The notes beneath the pieces are model-generated. The model worked only from the letters and a program-made list of their open reading frames with translations, did no database searches and was not told where the DNA came from. Below are positions 25,818 to 32,919 of a stretch of 64,000 nt of DNA, in pieces. Location: sequence record MK327932.1, one strand, 5' to 3'. The stretch is from Escherichia phage vB_EcoM_G2248. Numbering within the stretch: position 1 is the first letter of the stretch; every line of letters begins with the position of its first letter. Made by a program: the position numbers and the translations under genes.

Positions 25818-26156
25818 TCACACCTTTAAAGTCATAGACGCATAAACATTAATGCCAGGCCAGTTAGGATCGCAATTATACTCAACATCCCACAAATAAA
25901 GCGGTTTAGATGTATCAGCCAAGTTTTTAAAATCTTCTACCCACATTTCAAGGCTATATGATGGATAAACTAGGCTATCATATCCGCCGTAACGTTGGCC
26001 TACTGGTCGGTCAGTAAAAACTACATCAAGATCCGGTAATTCTTTTTCAAGGATAACCGCCAGCGCATAAATCAGACTGTCTTCCTTGTTACGCTGCCGA
26101 AGGACCGTTGTCAGTTGGTTTTTCTGGTTCACTAGCAAGCACCTCCACATTTTCAC
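25818..26156 (-). CDS. hypothetical protein (start uncertain)
   Basis: Track ORF overlaps the upstream ORF by about 68 nt, so the true start may be internal. Confidence 0.35.
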   Translation of the reverse strand: MKMWRCLLVNQKNQLTTVLRQRNKEDSLIYALAVILEKELPDLDVVFTDRPVGQRYGGYDSLVYPSYSLEMWVEDFKNLADTSKPLYLWDVEYNCDPNWPGINVYASMTLKV

Positions 26157-26409
26157 AGAATGAAATTTTCACAGACACAATTTTACCATAAGTGAAGAAT
26201 GAATATACATTATCGAGATATTCAACGTCACCTACAATCACATCAAACTGAGGATCAGCCACCGCCGCAACATATTCTACCAGTTCATCAAGAGAATGCA
26301 ACTTAATTTCATCAATTCGGCTGTATTTGGTTGCATCTTTGATTTTAAAACCACGTTCTTTCAGCTTATCAATTAGAATTTCACGCGGAGTTTCAAACAG
26401 TTTGCTCAT
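26089..26409 (-). CDS. hypothetical protein
   Basis: ATG 26409 behind conserved RBS GAGGATTATATTATG. Confidence 0.5.
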   Translation of the reverse strand: MSKLFETPREILIDKLKERGFKIKDATKYSRIDEIKLHSLDELVEYVAAVADPQFDVIVGDVEYLDNVYSFFTYGKIVSVKISFCENVEVLASEPEKPTDNGPSAA

Positions 26410-26430
26410 AATATAATCCTCACATTAAAT

Positions 26431-26628
26431 CTAAAATTTGTTAACGACGAATTGCATAATTAGACTAATCACAAACATTGCAAACCAAGTATAAATGCAA
26501 CAGATAAAAGCTACATACAATTCAATCTGGTCAGAGAATACACCGGGTAAAAGCATTAGCAAAATAACAACAGTAAAAACGCTAGCGATACCCGCAACAA
26601 AACCAATATCATTTTTACTAATCGTCAT
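26431..26628 (-). CDS. small membrane protein
   Basis: Hydrophobic; ATG 26628 overlaps the upstream stop. Confidence 0.4.
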   Translation of the reverse strand: MTISKNDIGFVAGIASVFTVVILLMLLPGVFSDQIELYVAFICCIYTWFAMFVISLIMQFVVNKF

Positions 26629-26825
26629 CAAGTCACCGTTTTGTAAAGAAACACAATAAAATCCCAGACAAAAAAGACAGTGAAAATAATCATCGTCAAG
26701 ACAATAAACACTGTCAGATTTTCATCGTTAGTTAATTCATGACCGTCCATCCATATAATCACCAGATAAAACATCGAAATCAAGGAGGCGAATACCAAAT
26801 TATAAAACTCTTCCTTTAATGACAT
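26628..26825 (-). CDS. small membrane protein
   Basis: Hydrophobic 65-aa ORF. Confidence 0.4.
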   Translation of the reverse strand: MSLKEEFYNLVFASLISMFYLVIIWMDGHELTNDENLTVFIVLTMIIFTVFFVWDFIVFLYKTVT

Positions 26826-26826
26826 A

Positions 26827-27009
26827 CTACACCTCGTCGCGGCTTAAGTCAACAGCAATTGCATACAGCATAATGAATATGCTAGCCGATCCGAGAATCA
26901 ATACACCCTCACATTTTGAAACTCGCTCATCAAAATGTAACATTATCCATCCGAGGATGTTAAAGGCGCAGACCGCGCCTATGTTCGCTAACCAATTAAT
27001 CTTTTTCAT
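26827..27009 (-). CDS. small membrane protein
   Basis: Hydrophobic 60-aa ORF. Confidence 0.4.
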   Translation of the reverse strand: MKKINWLANIGAVCAFNILGWIMLHFDERVSKCEGVLILGSASIFIMLYAIAVDLSRDEV

Positions 27010-27017
27010 AATATACC

Positions 27018-27344
27018 TTAGAAAGAAACAGTTTTCAAGAAATCCAGATTTTTAGTACCGAAAACAGAAAAGTAGTGTTTTCCTTTTTCGGTTTTAGAGA
27101 AAGCGATTGTCTTCTCTACATGGTGACGGAAGCCAGACAGACGATCACCCAGGTCAAGGCGGCAAGCGTAAGTAGTGCCGTTTTCGAAAGTAACCTCGAT
27201 TTGAGTTTTGTCATATTCGCTTTCATAGGCTTTTGCTGCCGCGTCCTGTGCTTTACGCTCGAAGTCTTCGAAGTGGAATACTTCGTTTGCGTTAGCGAAT
27301 ACAGAAGATTCAGAGAAGATAACTTTAACAGATACTGGTTTCAT
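27018..27344 (-). CDS. hypothetical protein
   Basis: ATG 27344 behind RBS AAGGAGTATCAAA and a PeSL-like promoter. Confidence 0.5.
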   Translation of the reverse strand: MKPVSVKVIFSESSVFANANEVFHFEDFERKAQDAAAKAYESEYDKTQIEVTFENGTTYACRLDLGDRLSGFRHHVEKTIAFSKTEKGKHYFSVFGTKNLDFLKTVSF

Positions 27345-27360
27345 TTTGATACTCCTTAGT

Positions 27361-27415
27361 AGTTCGTGTTTCGTTTCGATGGGTGTATTATGCTATACAC
27401 CCTCTCTCGTGTCAA
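27361..27415 (-). promoter_or_regulatory. PeSL-like early promoter plus conserved leader
   Basis: TTGACA at 27415..27410, -10 CATAAT, leader ACACCCATCGAAACGAAACACGAACT. Confidence 0.55.
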
Positions 27416-27423
27416 CAACTTTT

Positions 27424-27612
27424 TTAGTCTTTTTTCATAATTTCTAGAGCAGTTTCTACAGCACCTTTCCAACCTTCCCACATAATGGACATAGTAAGGA
27501 AGTTAAAGCACCCGCAGGAATCAACCTTTTTAGAGATAAACCATTCTACAAACGCTTCGCTCATACCATGCTCTTTAGCGGATTCGCGTAATTGTTCAAT
27601 TTGGTCTTCCAT
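27424..27612 (-). CDS. hypothetical protein
   Basis: Track ORF, ATG start. Confidence 0.4.
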   Translation of the reverse strand: MEDQIEQLRESAKEHGMSEAFVEWFISKKVDSCGCFNFLTMSIMWEGWKGAVETALEIMKKD

Positions 27613-27634
27613 AGTATCACCTCAACACTTAACG

Positions 27635-27829
27635 TTATTCAAACTCAAACGGTCTATTCATCCTATTGTAAAAGTACATATAACAAGCATAGTTATGTTT
27701 TGGTTGTACCGTATCAGATAGACACGCTTTTACAGCCTCGCGGTCCGATGGGTCTACACCCTCAGCTTTAAGTAATGCTAAAATCTGGTTATAGCGTACT
27801 CTTAGTTGTACTAATGGTTTATCCCCCAT
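27635..27829 (-). CDS. hypothetical protein
   Basis: RBS AGGGGG before ATG 27829. Confidence 0.45.
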   Translation of the reverse strand: MGDKPLVQLRVRYNQILALLKAEGVDPSDREAVKACLSDTVQPKHNYACYMYFYNRMNRPFEFE

Positions 27830-27838
27830 ATTACCCCC

Positions 27839-28060
27839 TTATAGTTGATCAGCGATGTAAGCGTGACAAGCGCGGAGTTTCATTAATGCACTACCTTTCA
27901 CTTCGCCTACGATGTTCATAACTTCTAAGCGGTCGGATGGATTCATCTTAGAGCACCAGATCTGGTTAGCCAATTCCAGTTTACTCATATTTGGTTCCAT
28001 CTCAAACAGTTCACGCTCAAAGTCGATAATTTCTTTTGCTGCGTCTTTAAAGTTAATCAT
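27839..28060 (-). CDS. hypothetical protein
   Basis: ATG 28060 behind GGAGAATCAAA-type RBS and a PeSL-like promoter. Confidence 0.5.
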   Translation of the reverse strand: MINFKDAAKEIIDFERELFEMEPNMSKLELANQIWCSKMNPSDRLEVMNIVGEVKGSALMKLRACHAYIADQL

Positions 28061-28074
28061 TTTGATTCTCCCGT

Positions 28075-28118
28075 TTCGTTGATGGTTGTATTGTAGGGGA
28101 GTTATCCTCCCCTGTCAA
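28075..28118 (-). promoter_or_regulatory. PeSL-like early promoter with palindrome AGGGGAGGATAACTCCCCT
   Basis: TTGACA at 28118..28113; G-rich palindrome in the spacer. Confidence 0.5.
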
Positions 28119-28126
28119 CACTTTTA

Positions 28127-28312
28127 TCAGAAATATGCAATATAGTTTGCCAGTCCTACAGAGTCATCATTCGGCATTGCTTTTACTGCCAGTTCAAACC
28201 CTACTTCAACTTTCTGTTTAGCGGATTCTTCGTTATAACCCCAGATTACCAGAATAGCTACTACGTTTTCTTTGCTTACTGCTTTCAGTGCTTTAGTGAT
28301 GCGACGTGCCAT
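28127..28312 (-). CDS. hypothetical protein
   Basis: ATG 28312 behind RBS ACGGAGAATCAAATT. Confidence 0.45.
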   Translation of the reverse strand: MARRITKALKAVSKENVVAILVIWGYNEESAKQKVEVGFELAVKAMPNDDSVGLANYIAYF

Positions 28313-28330
28313 AATTTGATTCTCCGTTTA

Positions 28331-28385
28331 AGAAAGTGTGTTTCGTTTCGATGGGTGTATTATGCTATAGGCCGGATCTGGTGTC
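28331..28385 (-). promoter_or_regulatory. PeSL-like early promoter plus conserved leader
   Basis: Near-identical to the copy at 27361..27415. Confidence 0.55.
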
Positions 28386-28412
28386 AACAACTTTTTTAAA
28401 AAAATTTTAGGC

Positions 28413-28437
28413 AATAAAAAAGCCACTCCGAAGAGTG
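28413..28437 (-). terminator. rho-independent terminator
   Basis: Hairpin GCCACTCTTCGGAGTGGC with a UUCG-type loop followed by TTTTTTATT on the minus strand. Confidence 0.65.
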
Positions 28438-28440
28438 GCT

Positions 28441-28588
28441 TATAGGGAAGGTAGCGAATCTTCCTTGTCTCCAACCTGCTAGCGGCCTAGCAAGTGAATG
28501 CTTTAGCGTACCGGATCGCCCATACGCTGCAATAAATGCGGCTAGGTGACGTCCAAATCATTCTAACCGCGCTGTCTTTAGTTCACTA
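28441..28588 (-). ncRNA. candidate structured non-coding region or small RNA just upstream of a terminator
   Basis: About 145 nt without a credible ORF, more GC-rich than its surroundings, several local hairpins (GGAAG...CTTCC, GCGTA...TACGC). Confidence 0.25.
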
Positions 28589-28807
28589 TTATTTATATCG
28601 CTTTCTCTCGCGACGTTTTTGATCTTCTTCCTTGATAGAGTTAAATGCATCAAAAAGACACATGACACTAATAATAAACATAACCGTATTTTCTACGGTA
28701 TCCCACGGCTTCGCATCAGTACAGATCCCCCAAACGGTAAGAAATGCAAATAAGGCAGAAGAGATCACAAGAATGATACTTGCTAAAATATAAAAAGTCA
28801 TTTTCAT
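28589..28807 (-). CDS. small membrane protein
   Basis: Hydrophobic 72-aa ORF. Confidence 0.4.
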   Translation of the reverse strand: MKMTFYILASIILVISSALFAFLTVWGICTDAKPWDTVENTVMFIISVMCLFDAFNSIKEEDQKRRERKRYK

Positions 28808-28998
28808 GGTTTTACCTCAATTCTTCGATATTCATCACACATCCACGCAGTAAGCAAGAATCCCAACACATAAGCAACAAAATACGTTAATGCTTCTTCT
28901 GGTTCGGTGCTATGCGCCATCATCAGACCAGCGAGAAAGGTCTTAACAATTACATTTAAAATAATTAGCCACGCAAATAATTTCATCGTTTGCCCCAT
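28804..28998 (-). CDS. small membrane protein
   Basis: Hydrophobic 64-aa ORF. Confidence 0.4.
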   Translation of the reverse strand: MGQTMKLFAWLIILNVIVKTFLAGLMMAHSTEPEEALTYFVAYVLGFLLTAWMCDEYRRIEVKP

Positions 28999-29207
28999 TT
29001 CGGTCGAGTCTTTTCAAACTTATACATTCCGTAACAATCTCGAATCATCCACGTAACAAGAGCACCAGTCAACACAGACAATACACAGAAGAAGTAAAAC
29101 GGTCCGGTTGCATTATCAACATGAGCAAGCCAGGTAAAGAAAACACATGCAAGGAATGTAAAGAACATCATAAAGCACAAGAAAGCGAAATATTTTATAC
29201 TACTCAT
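28983..29207 (-). CDS. small membrane protein
   Basis: Start placed at ATG 29207 with RBS GGTGG. Confidence 0.4.
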   Translation of the reverse strand: MSSIKYFAFLCFMMFFTFLACVFFTWLAHVDNATGPFYFFCVLSVLTGALVTWMIRDCYGMYKFEKTRPKWGKR

Positions 29208-29310
29208 AGCGCCACCATACAACAGATCATAAGAAACCCCAACGCAATAAGAATTGCATCAAATTTAGTGAACTCAGGTCCACCTATCAACATCATTCGT
29301 TCCTGTTCAT

Positions 29311-29550
29311 TCATAGATCACAGAGCCATCTTACAGCACCACATAAAGCGATCAAAAGACTAGGTATAAACGAGACTAAAACAAGACTACAAAAATCATC
29401 TAAGGTAACGCCGGAATAGCTACCTACTGTAACAACACCGATCATCAGACACAGAAAGAAAACAAATGCAATCAGAAACAAAGTATTGCTAAACAGTTTA
29501 GTGATCATTAGACACCCCACGACGATCAATTTCAAAAACTTTTTTATCAT
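29311..29550 (-). CDS. small membrane protein
   Basis: Hydrophobic; start moved to ATG 29550. Confidence 0.4.
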   Translation of the reverse strand: MIKKFLKLIVVGCLMITKLFSNTLFLIAFVFFLCLMIGVVTVGSYSGVTLDDFCSLVLVSFIPSLLIALCGAVRWLCDL

Positions 29551-29701
29551 CAACGAAGCATGTCACAACTGCATCGTTGACTTCCGCAAATTGTTGTGTT
29601 ACCCACTTAAGGTCAGAGCGAAACAATGTTCTATTAATAACAAATGTTTTACCGCTCTTATCCTTACCCATAAATTTTGCTTTAACCATATCAAATTCCA
29701 T
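29498..29701 (-). CDS. hypothetical protein
   Basis: Track ORF, ATG 29701. Confidence 0.4.
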   Translation of the reverse strand: MEFDMVKAKFMGKDKSGKTFVINRTLFRSDLKWVTQQFAEVNDAVVTCFVDDKKVFEIDRRGVSNDH

Positions 29702-29710
29702 ATTATCACC

Positions 29711-29869
29711 TTATTTGCTAATCGCTAAACCCAATCCGAAGAGAGCACCCGATGCTACAGTATACCCGAAAGTTTCAAATGCAGTAAAGATATCTAAGCC
29801 ACCAGCTAACAGAGTTGCAGTAAACAGAGTACCAGCTACGAACATAAAAGTTTTACCGATAAATTTCAT
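29711..29869 (-). CDS. small membrane protein (52 aa, below track cutoff)
   Basis: Own translation MKFIGKTFMFVAGTLFTATLLAGG...; RBS AGGAGAATCAAA; PeSL-like promoter directly upstream. Confidence 0.45.
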   Translation of the reverse strand: MKFIGKTFMFVAGTLFTATLLAGGLDIFTAFETFGYTVASGALFGLGLAISK

Positions 29870-29880
29870 TTTGATTCTCC

Positions 29881-29929
29881 TTTCGTTTGTTTGTGGGGGT
29901 ATCTTACTACCCCCGTTTCATGTTGTCAA
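29881..29929 (-). promoter_or_regulatory. PeSL-like early promoter with palindrome GGGGGTAGTAAGATACCCCC
   Basis: TTGACA at 29929..29924; the palindrome spans the -10. Confidence 0.5.
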
Positions 29930-29935
29930 CTATTT

Positions 29936-30310
29936 TTAAGAATATTTTACTTCGTCTACAATGTCTTTCATGACATTGATTTCCATTCCGGTCAGAACAC
30001 GTTGGAACATGTGCTGCACATACGCTTTCAGGTATTCATTTGATGGCTTACTATCGAAAGTCTTTTTAGTGTAGTAGTCATCACCGAAAGCTACTGTAAT
30101 TACATTTTCGTCGTCGTTCCAAGCGATATAAGCAAATTTGCCGTTATCCCAGAAGCGAGCACTAATTGCTACTTTTGTTGAATCGAATCCTACTTCGCTG
30201 TGAGATTCAAGAACTACTTGCGTACCAGTTTCTTTATGAATGTAGTAGCGGGATACTAAGTCAAAGTTACGGGTGTAGTGACATTCGAATTTATCTTTAA
30301 ACATCATCAT
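29936..30310 (-). CDS. hypothetical protein
   Basis: Start placed at ATG 30310 behind RBS AGGAGAATCAAA; the track ORF extends further. Confidence 0.45.
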   Translation of the reverse strand: MMMFKDKFECHYTRNFDLVSRYYIHKETGTQVVLESHSEVGFDSTKVAISARFWDNGKFAYIAWNDDENVITVAFGDDYYTKKTFDSKPSNEYLKAYVQHMFQRVLTGMEINVMKDIVDEVKYS

Positions 30311-30322
30311 TTTGATTCTCCT

Positions 30323-30376
30323 AAGTGTGTTTCGTTTCGATATGTGCATTATGCTATAGTCGTTTATGGTTGTCAA
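30323..30376 (-). promoter_or_regulatory. PeSL-like early promoter plus conserved leader
   Basis: TTGACA at 30376..30371, -10 CATAAT, leader ATCGAAACGAAACACACTTAGGAGA. Confidence 0.55.
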
Positions 30377-30381
30377 CACCT

Positions 30382-30412
30382 AAAAACAAAAAACCCCGAA
30401 AAATTTTCGGGG
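30382..30412 (-). terminator. rho-independent terminator downstream of 57B
   Basis: Hairpin CCCCGAAAATTTTTCGGGG followed by a T-run on the minus strand. Confidence 0.6.
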
Positions 30413-30419
30413 TATAAAA

Positions 30420-30884
30420 TTACAGTTTGGTCGTCCACTCCAGGTCTAGATCTTCGACATACTCATGAGATCGGACAATCTCTAAATCGAACTCTAGGTC
30501 AGTGCCAAATTTACGCGCACCAACATCATAAGAAAGCGTGATATGCGGTACATATTCAGGATAATCCCACGTCGCACCTAAAGCAGTGCCGATATCGTGT
30601 CTGAATTGCATGTAGTCGCTTTCAAATGCCAGCACAAGCGCATTAGTACCGGATTGAGTTTCAAACACTTTCAGATGGCATAGAGAGCCTAAGAACTTCT
30701 CCCCTTCTTCTGGGATAAACGGAACATAGACACGAGAATATAAGATAGTGCTATGCAGTTTATCACGAGGAACGGCATTAGGCAGATCGTAGAACTCCTG
30801 CAATTTTTCAATGCGGTCTAGTGTATCCTCAGTGAATTTAACCGCCGCATATGTACCTTTAACGGATTCTCTAAACGGGGTCAT
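30420..30884 (-). CDS. 57B: 2H phosphoesterase (Acb1-like anti-CBASS nuclease, gene 57B position)
   Basis: Two H-x-T/S-x motifs (HSTILY, HITLSY); located immediately downstream of 57A as in T4; track TTG start moved to ATG 30884. Confidence 0.65.
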   Translation of the reverse strand: MTPFRESVKGTYAAVKFTEDTLDRIEKLQEFYDLPNAVPRDKLHSTILYSRVYVPFIPEEGEKFLGSLCHLKVFETQSGTNALVLAFESDYMQFRHDIGTALGATWDYPEYVPHITLSYDVGARKFGTDLEFDLEIVRSHEYVEDLDLEWTTKL

Positions 30885-30886
30885 AA

Positions 30887-31147
30887 TCAAGCCTCCGTGA
30901 TCAGTTCTACTTCCTCTTCTGCGTCTTCCGCTGCTTCGTCTTTAGGGAGAAGTGCTTTCACTTCTTCGACAATAGCATCAAGGGAAACAGTCCCGTTTTC
31001 GTCTGGCTGAATACCCAGAATGCGTACCAGTTCCATCAATACACGCTCACGATCTTTCAGTTGGCCTTCTAAGAATGCGGCCTTTTCTTGAGTGTCAAAC
31101 AGACGTACTTTCAGGACATTAATCATTTGTTCATGCTGATTGGACAT
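30887..31147 (-). CDS. 57A: tail fiber assembly chaperone gp57A
   Basis: Small acidic coiled-coil protein resembling T4 gp57A; start at ATG 31147 with RBS AGGAG. Confidence 0.75.
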   Translation of the reverse strand: MSNQHEQMINVLKVRLFDTQEKAAFLEGQLKDRERVLMELVRILGIQPDENGTVSLDAIVEEVKALLPKDEAAEDAEEEVELITEA

Positions 31148-31179
31148 ATTCACATCTCCTACTTGTTGATAACTTTTTA

Positions 31180-31836
31180 TTAAATGTTCGCGAGAATCGC
31201 GCTTTCAAATTCTTCTAATGTACCATTATTTATGATAATGGTTTCACCGTCAATAGGCAAAATTCCTTTTTCGGTGGAGTGAGTCGATACAATACCAGTA
31301 TCACGCTGAATATGCAACACCTTAGCACCCATAGCACGCATGAGAGCAATTTCAATAGGCTGACGCACATCAACCACTACAAAATACCCTTCTTCATTTT
31401 TGCGCTTCATAAACTCATTCACGAAGAGATTACACCAATAAAGCGGATTGATCAAGTTAACCATTATATCAGTACCGAGAGTGGTTAACATGAGACGAAT
31501 AGACCAGACGTTATTATGTTTTTCGCCGATCTCATTAACGACCTTGTAAATCTCAGCCAGACGATCACAAGTAAAGGAACTACCGCCATACTTCGAATCT
31601 AGCATAAGCAGACACTGAATAAACCACTTATGCGCGGTATAGGTATCAATACCTAGATCGGCTTCTCTGTCACGCCCTAACCCGTCAAAGTCAAGATAAG
31701 TCAGACCTAAGTCTGGTTGACATTCGCATAAGATTTCTTTGATCGGTGCTGCCAGTTGATAACTGTGTCCATCAATGATTAACGCGGCAGTATCTTTTCC
31801 TACTCGCTTTTTACCACAAAGTGCAATCAATTTCAT
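31180..31836 (-). CDS. 1: deoxynucleoside monophosphate kinase
   Basis: P-loop LCGKKRVGKDT and overall resemblance to T4 gp1. Confidence 0.85.
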   Translation of the reverse strand: MKLIALCGKKRVGKDTAALIIDGHSYQLAAPIKEILCECQPDLGLTYLDFDGLGRDREADLGIDTYTAHKWFIQCLLMLDSKYGGSSFTCDRLAEIYKVVNEIGEKHNNVWSIRLMLTTLGTDIMVNLINPLYWCNLFVNEFMKRKNEEGYFVVVDVRQPIEIALMRAMGAKVLHIQRDTGIVSTHSTEKGILPIDGETIIINNGTLEEFESAILANI

Positions 31837-31851
31837 TATATAAGCCTCTTA

Positions 31852-32442
31852 TTACTTTCTAAAAGCAGGGTGCATAGCTTTAATACCTTCCACCCTCTGA
31901 CGATCCGCCGCCTGAATTGCTGGGCGAGGAACGATCAGTTGACCATCACGTTCAATGCTCATTGTTTTAAAGGGAAGAATTGCAGTACACACCAGAGATT
32001 CATGCATATCATCGGTGTATGTTAACTCAAGTTCCCCCAATTGTGAACACCAACAACCATAAAAGTTAAAAGTGCACACAATGTTACGTCGTTCGTTGTC
32101 CATCATGTGAACTTGAACGGCTTCCGGCATTGAATCCTTCCACGCGGTGGAGTTACCGTTATTGTAGTCTACTATAGAAAGCATCCATGTGTAAAGGTTT
32201 AGATAGCTTTCCAAATGCTCATCGACAATAAACCGGACTACCAACGGGTCAAACTCCACATGACTAGACGGATAATCAGCGACCGCCAAACCATATTGAC
32301 CAGCAACTTGCTTAGTCGGTGGAATGGTTATAGCCGGAAGTGTAACACCTTGAGCATTTAAAGTAAAGCCTTTTGTTAGTTGTCCATCTGGAATATTGAT
32401 CTGCCAGTTGCTGGGGTTAGCATAGTTAAAGAGATTAGACAT
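31852..32442 (-). CDS. 3: tail completion/sheath stabilizer protein gp3 (assigned by position)
   Basis: 196-aa ORF upstream of gene 1, the T4 position of gene 3; RBS GAGGAA. Confidence 0.5.
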   Translation of the reverse strand: MSNLFNYANPSNWQINIPDGQLTKGFTLNAQGVTLPAITIPPTKQVAGQYGLAVADYPSSHVEFDPLVVRFIVDEHLESYLNLYTWMLSIVDYNNGNSTAWKDSMPEAVQVHMMDNERRNIVCTFNFYGCWCSQLGELELTYTDDMHESLVCTAILPFKTMSIERDGQLIVPRPAIQAADRQRVEGIKAMHPAFRK

Positions 32443-32463
32443 TACTGATTCCTCAAATGAAAA

Positions 32464-32471
32464 TATTTATT
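32464..32471 (-). promoter_or_regulatory. possible late promoter variant AATAAATA upstream of gene 3
   Basis: One mismatch from TATAAATA, about 25 nt upstream of ATG 32442. Confidence 0.3.
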
Positions 32472-32631
32472 AACAATTGTCGCTTTGCGACGTGCCGGAG
32501 GCACTGACTACTTTTTAACCGAAACAAATTTTTATTATTCTAAAGATCTTTCTTCGTTTTGGTTATGTTTTAACCAATAACTATATTTTTATACAGTAAT
32601 AAATAAAACGGGTACTATACGAGGACTTCTT

Positions 32632-32886
32632 ATGACAGAAGACATTTTGTTAAAACTCTATGATCGTCTGGATAACGAATTAGCAACATTGCGGGGTGAA
32701 GTTCTCTATTTGTCTAAATGCAATACAGATCTGCTTAAGCAGATTGCAGAAAGGGATGACCAAATAAAATCCCTTTCAGGTGCATTACGTGATCGCGACA
32801 AAGCATTAGAGATTTTACAGCGTGTTACCAATAAGGAAGAATTAAAAGACTTCTTACATGGTTATGCTCATGCCATCGATCTATAA
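32632..32886 (+). CDS. small coiled-coil protein, antisense to the flanking genes
   Basis: 84-aa ORF with RBS GAGGA before ATG 32632; ends at a terminator. Confidence 0.45.
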   Translation: MTEDILLKLYDRLDNELATLRGEVLYLSKCNTDLLKQIAERDDQIKSLSGALRDRDKALEILQRVTNKEELKDFLHGYAHAIDL

Positions 32887-32919
32887 TAAAAAAGCCCGTC
32901 AATGACGGGCTTAATTTTT
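32886..32919. terminator. bidirectional rho-independent terminator
   Basis: Hairpin GCCCGTCAATGACGGGC flanked by an A-run and a T-run. Confidence 0.65.

Noticed and set aside
28441-28588. Possible tRNA gene in the non-coding gap
   Set aside because: I could not fold a cloverleaf on either strand: no T-loop of the TTCRANY type with a 5-bp stem and no D-arm. It is kept only as a candidate structured RNA.
29208-29296. Possible 29-aa hydrophobic micro-ORF between two small membrane genes
   Set aside because: Too short, and it overlaps the neighbouring start. It cannot be separated from chance from sequence alone.
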